Assembly (NCBI GenBank): GCA_000934665.2
Contig: JYFJ02004888.1
Span: forward strand, 1 to 35,624
DNA: 35,624 bases
Reading direction: 5' to 3'
From: Catajapyx aquilonaris
Taxonomy: Eukaryota
Position numbers and translations under genes: made by a program. A model generated the notes under the pieces. It saw only the letters and a list, made by a program, of their open reading frames with translations. It had not been told where the DNA came from and ran no database searches. Below are positions 27,401-35,624 of the stretch, one piece after another (within the stretch, counting starts at the first letter, position 1; each line of letters starts with the position of its first letter).

Positions 27401-29125
27401 ACAAGTTTCAGCACCGGATAGGCCATGGTGATGACCGCCACTCTGACGCTGATAGGTCCCCTGTGTTCCTGCAGTTTGTGGAATGTGTCTGGCAAATCAC
27501 ACAGCAATTCTCCAATGCTTTTGAGTTTAACGAGCACTTCCTCATCACAATCTTAGATCACCTCTACTCCTGCCTCTTTGGGACATTCCTCTTCAACAGG
27601 TCAGGGCTGTCACTGTAACTGATTCTCTCCCATCTTATTGAATGATGCGAAGATATGCTGATCATTGCAATGCTTTTGCTTCAGTGAGCGAGAACGAGTG
27701 CGAGAGGAGGTGAAGCAGAAGACTGTGTCACTGTGGTCTTTTGTGAATAGCAACATGGACGACTTTGTCAACCCTCTCTACTGCTCCTATCTGCACCAGC
27801 ACGTATTGTTTCCAGTAGCTAGCATACGCCACATCCGCCTCTGGAAGGGATACTATTGCAGATGGAATCCACGTATGAGGGCTCAGGTAATAAATCTCAG
27901 TCGCCTTGTAATTTGTTTGCCACTAGCCACGAACAAATATAACTGAGGTGCTTAGATCAAAAAGGGGACATGTCCACATATTGGGAGTATATGAGTTAAC
28001 ACGGCCATGGTGTACTACGACATGGTTTTCATCCTTCCGTGCCAAAAGGATACTTGTCAATTGAGAGTAAGCATGAGGAAAGTGGCATCCAAGTGTTCTC
28101 TCTGTGCAAAATGGGGGCTTGTTCTGGCAGAAATCCCATTCTTGCACAAATCCTGAATTTCAGATACATAACAAGTAAAATATTCCGGAGTGGTTGCACT
28201 TGGTGATAATCATTTTTCAAATGATCACGTTGCATAGTTTGGAAGAATAATATCTCAAAAAGGGGACTTCTTAGGCAATTTCAACTTTTAGCCAGGCTAT
28301 AACAGTATCATGAATAATTCGGGCCAATGTGGTGTCCATAGATGACACCCCCACGGGTCCGACACATTTTTTTTTTTTTCCGAACACAGAACAAGCCTGA
28401 GCCTATATAAACAGTTTTTTGTTGTTTTCTCAAAAAAAAGTTAATAGACATGTCCCCTTTTTGATCTAACAAGGGAAGTGTCTGTAGGGCCATCGGCCAA
28501 TCGGCCCGAAAATGACACTAGGGGTAAATTGCAGGCCAGAAATTCATTGGTGAAAGTAAAAAGTCGCATTAGCCAAGCGTTTTCGAGATATGGGCGACTA
28601 TAAGTGCCCGGCAAACCTGCTCGGTGACAATGGGGCGCATTCGGCAGAAGAAATTATAAACAGTCTTCGTGGCTCAGTCGGTAGCGCGTCCGCGTCATGA
28701 TCCGAAGTCTCTGCGTTCAAGTCCGCGGGAAGCGACTTCCCCAATATCTTCCCTTTTGCAATCAACAGGAATAAATAAACAGCTTGCTGGGAAGTGCATT
28801 ACTTTTTTTTTTCTTCTGCCGATGCTCGAAAACGGTTGGCTAATGCGACTTTTTTACTTTCACCAATGAATTTCTGGCCTGCGATTTACTCCTAGTGTCA
28901 TTTTCGGGCCGATTGGCCGATGGCCCTACAGACACTTCCCTTGTAAGTGCCTCAATTAATTGTTGTTGATGAATGCAGGAGCCAGTTCACCTGCGGTGCC
29001 GTGAACTCCTAGCCCTGAAGGCGCAGCTGAAACAGCGTGTAGAGGAGTTGCAGAAGGAAATGGACGCTCGCATGGCCAGAAGCCACACCACACCTCCCAG
29101 AATTGCATCTCCCATACAAAGTTGA
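24496..29125 (+). CDS. MTMR2: Myotubularin-related protein 2 / MTM1-family phosphatidylinositol 3-phosphatase, complete, ~668 aa
   Basis: Exons join(24496-24660, 24829-24933, 25618-25827, 25934-26041, 26275-26427, 26509-27132, 27307-27599, 27685-27886, 28979-29125), all GT-AG and frame-consistent. PH-GRAM motifs ([39 protein letters not shown]), phosphatase domain ([33 protein letters not shown]), catalytic HCSDGWDRT at 27100-27126, [19 protein letters not shown], and a C-terminal coiled coil ending ASPIQS-stop. The first ~33 codons are the least certain part. Confidence 0.95.
25136..25177 (+). CDS. MTMR2: Candidate 42-nt cassette microexon of the myotubularin gene ([14 protein letters not shown])
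   Basis: Acceptor CTGTCTTTTTTGCAG and donor GTAAGC. 14 codons, phase 0-0 like the flanking exons, no stop. Confidence 0.6.
28470..28943. mobile_element. 474-bp MITE with ~118-bp TIRs and 3-bp TAA target-site duplication
   Basis: TIRs 28470-28587 and 28825-28943 begin CAAGGGAAGTGTCTGTAGGGCC and differ by 3 substitutions and 1 indel. TAA flanks both sides (28467-28469, 28944-28946). Removing the element plus one TAA restores the host element's TIR. Confidence 0.92.
28663..28736 (+). pseudogene. tRNA-Met(CAT)-like pseudogene / Pol III promoter cassette inside the MITE
   Basis: A box TGGCTCAGTCGG and B box GTTCAAGTC at tRNA spacing, with CAT at 28696-28698 in the anticodon position. GGTAGCGCGTC...TCAT.ATC.GAAG resembles elongator tRNA-Met. 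Anticodon and acceptor stems are mismatched, so it is unlikely to be a functional tRNA. Confidence 0.7.
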
Positions 29126-29334
29126 GACAATCGCACACATGACTAATGTCCCTCTTTTGTTCCCATATTAGAATGAGCTGCAATAGTGCCTCCCCATTAT
29201 TTTCTAGTAGCACAGCTGTTTAAGTGGGCCTTATTATTTATGGAGACAGTGTTTGTTGTGCAAAAAAAAGACATCTCTCAGCCCCACTGAAAGAAAATGA
29301 TGACAAAAAAGCCTGTAAATAGAACTGCATCTAT

Positions 29335-29340
29335 TTTATT
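29335..29340 (-). terminator. Candidate polyadenylation signal for Nup214
   Basis: TTTATT on the plus strand (AATAAA on minus), about 170 nt downstream of the Nup214 stop. Confidence 0.45.
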
Positions 29341-29468
29341 ATCACTGTTGTTGATTCTCTCCCATCTTGTCATTCTACATTGCAGTTGGATAAAAATATA
29401 AACTGAAACAGTGTACCAAAGATTTTGTTTCTGCCTTGATCAGGGACCAAGTCCCAATGTAATCGTGA

Positions 29469-29474
29469 AATAAA
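29469..29474 (+). terminator. Candidate polyadenylation signal for the myotubularin gene
   Basis: First canonical AATAAA I see downstream of the stop at 29125. Variant hexamers (GATAAA, TATAAA) occur earlier, near 29389-29403. Confidence 0.35.
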
Positions 29475-29508
29475 ATGAAAGCTTCGACTTGACGATGCTG
29501 TTGAGCCA

Positions 29509-32500
29509 CTACCTCCAGCTGGTGAAGGAGCTTCCCCTGCAACGAAATCAATGTTTCTATTAAAATTATTGGTTCAGGTTTCCGATGCCATGCTGCAGTC
29601 CTCTACATACTACAATATGCATGTACTGGAAATATTAATCTCCCTCATAAAATCAGGTGGCAAATTCAACATGGACTGATGGGTCAGGTATAGATGCTTC
29701 TTATTACTGTAACTCATTAATCACATGAGAATAATGAAATGCTCACCCAAAGGAAGACCCAAAACCTCCGCTAGTGGCAGGAGGTCCTCCAAACTGCTGC
29801 CCCCCTCCAAAGGCCCCTCCAGTTGGGGGAGGCCCGGCTGGGGAGGGTGCAGCAGCCATGCTTCCAAACCCAGCGCCTCCAAATCCAGAGGGTGCGACTT
29901 GGGCAGCTACAGGTTGCTGTGCCACACTCCCAAATGTAGGCTGAGAAGTCTGCTGAGCCAGGCTGCCAAATGTTGGCGTATTAGCTGAGGCAAAGTTGCC
30001 AAATCCTGTCGAGGCACCTGCTTTTAAAAGAAGAGTGAAACATTACCACTAGGTCTGGGTGAAAACTGATGATTTAAGCAAGGGTGGGAAAAGGGCATCA
30101 GATCGTCCCACAACAATTGACCATGTCACTTCTCAAGTGTTGGGTTGTCCCAACAAACCATGTGGAAGAGTGAAGACCATGACAATTTGTTTAAATGAGG
30201 ATTAAGTTTGGCTTAGGAGCTTTTGGCACTCCCTGTGAAGTCCACGGTCAATAGAATGAGAGAACTGCTCTACACACGCAGTTTCTTCGCATTTTGATTT
30301 TTGATTGGCATTTGCGACATTCTGGTATGGCATGCTAATGCAAGAAACATAAGCAGCATGTACCCTTGGGATGCTTGGTTATGATCTCAGAAATGTTCTG
30401 AACTCATTTAAGTGTACATGAATTCAGCAGATTTCCTTTGCAAATAAAGAATAATTCATAGTTACTGAAAGGGGTGGGAGGCAGCTCACTTCCAAAGGAT
30501 GGTGCTGGAGCCACAGATCCAAATGCAGGTGCTGATCCAAACGCTGGTGAACTTCCAAATGCTGGTGGTGTTCCAAAGGTGGCAACGCCTCCAAAAGTTG
30601 GGGACCCACCAAACCCGCCGGTTTTGGTGGGACTCTGCTGCTGCTGCGGTGCCACAAACCCAGACACTGCCACAGTGCTGGCCCCGGAGGAAAATGGGCC
30701 ACTACCAGCTGCAGAAGAGACTGTTGGTGTTGCCCCCGAGTTACCAAACAGGGAAGTTGGGGTATTGCCAGGTGCGGAGGAAAAAGCACCACCACCGAAC
30801 ACGTTACGGTTGGCATTTTCTGGGTTTGGTGTGCCACCTAATCCGCTGAAGAAGCCACCTGGAAAAACATTCAAAGCAGTTAATGTACAGTAGATGGACT
30901 TTGATTGCAGGGGGGAAAGAGCGAGGCCAGTGAAAATCCATGCAAAACCTGAAAACTCATTGAAACTCTTTCCACATGAGGAATTCCTCCATCTAACATG
31001 GAGATAGAACTTGCAACCTCCGAGATGGGAACGCTGTGGCACTAATCATTACATCAATGTGTTGCCCTTGAAATGTGAGACGCATAGGTACTATACCTAC
31101 ACCTAACTAGCAAGTTACTCTTATGCCAGTAACAACCGGTAACAACCAACTTACCTGATGACCCGAAAACACTGGTTGAAGGTGCTGAAGTCGCTGTTGA
31201 TGTCTGTCCAAATGCAGACCCTCCGAAGACAGAACCTCCAAATGCAGAACTGGAAAAATGGAACATGCTTACAAAAATGTTACTCTGATTTTAAAGCTGC
31301 ATCCACATTCAATGAAATTAAATGAAAGTTGTGGCATTATGAGTATGAGTAACATGTTCTTAAATCTCATTCACCCGGCTGCAAAGATGCCTTCAACCAA
31401 TTCATGATGGACTTTCTGTGATAAGCTTCAATATACCAGCCTTATTAACATTTCAATGGCGTACCTGGTTGGAGTCCCAAAAGCACTGCTTTGCTGTCCG
31501 AAACCAGGAACCTGGCCAAACACTGTCTTGTTATTGGCAGAAAACGCACTTCCTCCAAACACAGAGGTCTGAGCCGGACTTGGTTGTCCAAAGCTGCTTG
31601 CACCTCCAAACAAGGGTGCACTGCTGACAGCAGCACCAAATGCTGGGACAGCTGAGGTTGTGGGGGTTGGAATGGTTATGGTAGCAGGTGTTGTTGTCAC
31701 TGCAGCTGTAGTGGCTGGTGTAGTTGAAGTTGGAGTTGTGGGGATTGTGAAAGAAAAGGTTGATGCTGCAGCTGATTTCTGTGGTTGGTTGAAAGTGAAA
31801 CTGCTGACTGCTGATGCAAACACATTTGTTGCTGTAGCAGGCGTGGCTTCAGATACAGTTGAATTTGAGGCTGCAGGCAGTGTGAAGAATGGTGTTGTGG
31901 GCGCACTTGCTGAGGTCTCTGTTGCTGTTGTAACGTCAGTGGAGGCAACTGTTGTTTTAATGGCAGGCTCAGCTATTTCTTCTGTGGCAACAGTTTCCTC
32001 AACTACTGCCTCTTCTACCTCTCCCTCCTCCTCCTCCTTCTTTTCCTCAGGTTCTGGCTCTTCCTTCACAACAGCAGGCGTTAAAGATTCTTGAGGGGCA
32101 AGTGATTCTGCCTTTGTTACAACAGGTGTTTGCGCAAGTGATTCTACCTTTGTTATAGTAGGCATATGATCTGAAGCCCCATCATTAGTGCCTGGCTGAG
32201 AAGTGTTTCCAAGACCAAAACCACTAAAGAATGAGGTTGATTTTGACAGTGAAAATGCAGGCGATGTTGGAGGAGCAGTTGTGGCCAACAGACTTGTCAA
32301 GGCAGGCATTGTGACTGCAGCTGTTGAAAGGGCTGTTGCAGGCGATGTGGAAGTAGTTGTAGTTTCTGTACTTGATGAAAAACTAGGCTTGGGCTGTGCC
32401 CCCATTTGCTTGAAGAAAGATCCAAATGCAGTCACATTTGATTCAGCTGTAGTCGCAGCAGTTGAAGTCATGACTGGAACAGGCGCTACTGGTGCTGCAG

Positions 32501-34766
32501 CAATCACTGCAGTTGTGGTGACAGAACTGGTTTGTGTTTTTGGTGCAAATGAGAATGAAAATGGTGGCAATGTGCTTGCAGGTGGTGCTGCCTGCATAGG
32601 TGGAAGACTAAAACTAAAAGCAGCTTTAGTTGCAGTTGGTTCTATTGTAGTTGTGGTTGCAGCAGGGCCAACGGCAGACACCATGCTCGACAATGCACCA
32701 AGTGGTGACCCTGCACCCCCAAAGATGGATACTCCAGGCTTTACTGGTGCAAAACCAGACTGAAACAGTGGTTTTGGAGCAGGTGGGGGTGGGGGTGGAA
32801 TGGCAGGCACAACAATGGGGACCACGGGTTTAGTCTCTTGAAATGCTGCTTCCTCCACGCTTTCCTGACTCCCATTGGAAATATCTTCATACATCTCAGG
32901 CCTGTCACTAGTCTCACTACCAACCACATCCTGGGCTTCCTCGTCCTCGTCCTCATCCTCATCAGCACTCAGTTCCAACCGTGGGAACTCCTTTGATGGT
33001 TGGGCCAATAAAAAGTGAGATGTTGCTGGCCGACTCGGCCTGACCTTTGACACAGGACGGCAACTAAGCATGTTCCGAAGGAACGCTTGTTTCTCGGGAG
33101 ACACTTGCTTCACCGGGGAGGTCAACAGCAAGGGTGCACTGGTTGCACTACGGTTGTTGCTCTCCTGCTGTCCAGCTGTGGTTTGCTGAGATGAGCTCAT
33201 GTTCACCTTCAAGAAGTTGTCAGCCAGCTGTGACAGCTCGGAAGGACTGCAAGCAGAAGAGAAATTATTCCAATCTAAGAAGTAATTAAATTTAAAGTAA
33301 ATTGCCATATTAATCACTTGTTCTGGGTTTACCTCATTTATGCAACAAGCCCTAATAAACGTAAAGTGATTTTTAAAATTTCAAAGCACAAGCCATGCTT
33401 ACCCAACAACACTCTTTGGTTTGTCCAGTACTTCTTGCTTGTTCCATAGTAACAGAAACTCTTTGATTTTCTTGGTGATGTCATCTAGACTTTGCAAGTT
33501 GGCTTCTAAGATGTTTCCATTGTTCTTCACTGTCTGATATACAGTCTCCATTGTTGGCAGGTACTGGCGCCTGAAGCGAAGAATAAATTTATGGAATTGC
33601 CTAGACCATGTAAGGGTGTGCACTAACTCACTTGATCTTTCTTTGTCTATTTCTCCTGTCCTCCGCTCTATCTTCCATCATCCTTCCCACTTCTGTGAGC
33701 TGGTGCTCTAAGTATTGCTCCCTCCTGCGGATGTCTTCCATCCGCCTTGCACTTAGGGGGTCTAGGGGTCTGCAGCGGACCAGGTAGGCATACTTTCGGT
33801 CCCTCTCCCTCTCCGCCCTGCTTCTTGCTTCTTCAGCCCACCTGAAGCCTTCCAGAACCTGGCTCCTCAGAGCGGACACTTCCTGGGCCATTGATGATGT
33901 TGTCTCCCGCACCTGAATGCATCAAAAAATAATTAATTCAAGTCATCCCTAACACACAGATTCCATGAGAAAACAACCAACAAAACAGATACATCTTTAT
34001 AATCATAATCACAAGAGAAAATTTTCCAGCATACCATGCAAAATTTAAGCTACTGGTACTGATGTTGTTCATGACTACAAATGACTTAAAATATCCCAAT
34101 GTCTGGCATGACCATAAATGAAGTGATTAACTCACTTTCCCTTCAAAGAGCTCCATTTGAAAGACCCCTTGACATATCCTTTCCTTGTCTGAGTCTACTG
34201 CAGCTTGAAAGACATTTCTACTCTGCTTTGACCGTTCATGGAATTCCCGCAGCTCCATCTCAAAGTGGCGAATCTCATCCAATGTCGCCTGGTCATATGC
34301 TGCATCTCTTGCTTCAGTATTTGGAACTGCCTGGTCCTTTTTAGTCCCACTTGGCTCACGTTTCAGGCTCTGGGTATGAGGTGCTGAAGCAACTTTAGGC
34401 TTTGGTTGTGCCACTGTTGGTGCTGTCGGTGCCACTGTTGGTGCTGTAGGTGCCACTGGCTGAATGGATTGCATTGTTGACACTACTTGATGAGGAGGTT
34501 GCACTGTTGGTATCACCAGCTGAGTTGGTGCTGGTTGTGGTAATGTCATCTGTTGTGGCAATGTCATCGGTTGTGATGGCATGGGAGCCACCGGGGCAGT
34601 CTGAACAGGAGGGGTGCCCAATAGTGAGGATTTTGGAGGCAGTATAGGTGTTGATGTTATGGTAGGAAGATTGCCAAAGAAGCTCATGGAACCTCCTAGC
34701 ATAGTGGGGGCAGTAGTTGTGGCGCCAAAGAACGAAGGCTGGCTTGAGATCTGGTTCTCCTTGAAT
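29509..34766 (-). CDS. NUP214: Nuclear pore complex protein Nup214 (CAN), 3' portion; N-terminal beta-propeller exons not seen in the window
   Basis: Exons complement(34136-34766, 33632-33912, 33403-33570, 31465-33246, 31155-31249, 30490-30858, 29747-30017, 29509-29536), GT-AG with consistent phases. Central coiled coil (DEIRHFEMELREF, LEGFRWAEEARS, RPLDPLSARRMEDIR), long S/T/P/A-rich region, many FG repeats, the Nup214-typical GFFSGLGGTPNPENANRNVFG segment and C-terminus GSSFTSWR-stop. The acceptor at 34766 and donor at 30490 are best guesses among nearby alternatives. Confidence 0.92.
34408..34458 (-). repeat. Coding tandem repeat, 21 nt x ~2.4, encoding VAPTAPT in Nup214
   Basis: GTGCCACTGTTGGTGCTGT(C/A)G units at 34408-34428 and 34429-34449, plus a partial unit at 34450-34458. 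Confidence 0.85.
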
Positions 34767-34961
34767 CTGGAAGAGATCATCTTGCATCACACAGAAGGCC
34801 TAAGGAAGCTTGTACATCGACAATGGACATTTGCTGTCTAAGACTATTTACAACTAAAGAAACGCTGAATAATTGAATGCACTTGAATGGCTTGCATTTT
34901 CTGAGCCCATACTGCTATGTGCAAGTAGAAAAAAAAATCTAGCATTGTTCATCAATGGGAG

Positions 34962-35300
34962 GTGTAGATGGCCGAGATGGTAACGTCTCGGCTTGCTGAG
35001 TGAAAGGCCCCAGGTTCGATCCCTGCCTGGGGAACTTTCCTTTCACCTGCGTCAGGAGGGTCTCTGACATGCACCAGGGAGGTGTCTGGCAACCTAACCT
35101 CCTGGGGAACAGCACATGACCCCTTTACCGACATTGCACTTGCACCAATGTTCTCGCCCCAAAAATCCCTATCCCTACCCTACATCCTTGACTCCTTGCA
35201 CCAGTGAATGAAGATAATAGGAAAAATAGAGTGGAATGGTGGTATTCCACCCCCCTAAAGAGGCTCGGCCTTATCATGGGGTAACGTAAAAAAAACAATA
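34962..35300 (+). mobile_element. tRNA-derived SINE (putative) in a Nup214 intron, antisense to the gene
   Basis: A box TGGCCGAGATGG (34969-34980), B box GGTTCGATCCC (35013-35023) with T-stem CAGG/CCTG. No valid acceptor or anticodon stem. Followed by a GC-rich structured body and an A-rich end (CGTAAAAAAAACAATA). The 3' boundary is approximate and no clear TSD was seen. Confidence 0.65.
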
Positions 35301-35314
35301 CACTATTTTTTGTA

Positions 35315-35481
35315 CAGTGAAACCTGAGCACAGCAGAATCGCATGGGACATGAAAAAATTGACAAGTTTCCATTATAGTCATCAAAAAATACATTGCCTG
35401 TCCTATGCCCATTCCCAGAAATAATTCTGCAATGGACAAGTTTCCACTTTACTCAGGGTCCATTATGAACAGGTTTCACTA
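35315..35481. mobile_element. Tc1/mariner-superfamily (pogo/Tigger-like) MITE, 167 bp
   Basis: TA-CAGTGAAACCTG ... CAGGTTTCACTA-TA: 12-bp TIR with a terminal mismatch and TA on both sides. Internal direct repeat GACAAGTTTCCA at 35361-35372 and 35435-35446. Confidence 0.75.
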
Positions 35482-35624
35482 TACATGGTTTATAATTCAT
35501 ACCCCGTTATCAGCCTATCGGCTCATTAAGGTGTGTTTATACCGTCTGGAAGTGAGCCCAGTTCCGGCGAACTAATTTCCTGCCGGGCACTCGAATCGTA
35601 CTATCCGTTTACGCCATTGCGGTC

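Larger units (their letters stand above)
27945..28953. mobile_element. Non-autonomous TIR element (MITE), Sola-like, interrupted by a second MITE
   Basis: Left TIR GAGGTGCTTAGATCAAAAAGGGGACATGTC (27945-27974). Right TIR is split into 28447-28469 and 28947-28953 and rejoins as GACATGTCCCCTTTTTGATCTAAGTGCCTC, a 28/30 match. Flanks AACT and AATT form an imperfect 4-bp TSD. GAG...CTC termini with a 4-bp TSD fit Sola (superfamily inferred). A partial TIR copy, TCAAAAAGGGGAC, lies at 28255-28267. Confidence 0.8.

Noticed and set aside
28663..28736. Functional tRNA-Met gene
   Set aside because: The anticodon stem has two mismatches and the acceptor stem needs a 2-nt bulge. Reported as a pseudogene instead.
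30474..32763. Long plus-strand ORFs at 30474-30893, 31660-32094 and 32203-32763
   Set aside because: Antisense shadows of low-complexity Nup214 exons rich in Thr/Ala/Pro/Gly codons.
35051..35123. Possible hammerhead or HDV-like ribozyme in the SINE body
   Set aside because: Lacks the CUGANGA/GAAA core, and the P2-P3-L3 order and catalytic J4/2 of HDV-like folds cannot be assembled.
1..35624. CRISPR array, prokaryotic operon, endogenous viral genes or autonomous transposase/RT
   Set aside because: No repeat-spacer periodicity seen, and no viral, RT, integrase or transposase motifs recognised in any listed ORF.

Overview
Eukaryotic genomic DNA, most likely from an arthropod (inferred from the protein sequences and short GT-AG introns). 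Three protein-coding genes can be rebuilt exon by exon. (1) The 5' end of a secreted PAN/Apple-domain (probably PAN-ZP) cuticle or matrix gene lies on the minus strand at 43-705 and runs off the left edge. (2) A complete myotubularin (MTMR2/MTM1-type) phosphoinositide 3-phosphatase lies on the plus strand at 24496-29125, about 668 aa, with an intact HCSDGWDRT motif. (3) The 3' part of nucleoporin Nup214 lies on the minus strand at 29509-34766, convergent with myotubularin. The introns contain several non-autonomous mobile elements. The most striking is a nested pair in the last myotubularin intron: a 474-bp element with ~118-bp TIRs, a TAA target duplication and a tRNA-Met-like core sits inside the right TIR of a Sola-like MITE. 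A tRNA-derived SINE and a Tigger/pogo-like MITE lie in a Nup214 intron. In ~1.3-24.4 kb I could not recognise any gene, exon, RNA or transposon. This block has patches of exon-like and repeat-like composition but no long-range structure, so it looks scrambled or very decayed and should be verified before interpretation. I found no convincing evidence of a new multi-gene system. The tRNA-carrying nested MITE is the best candidate for something undescribed.
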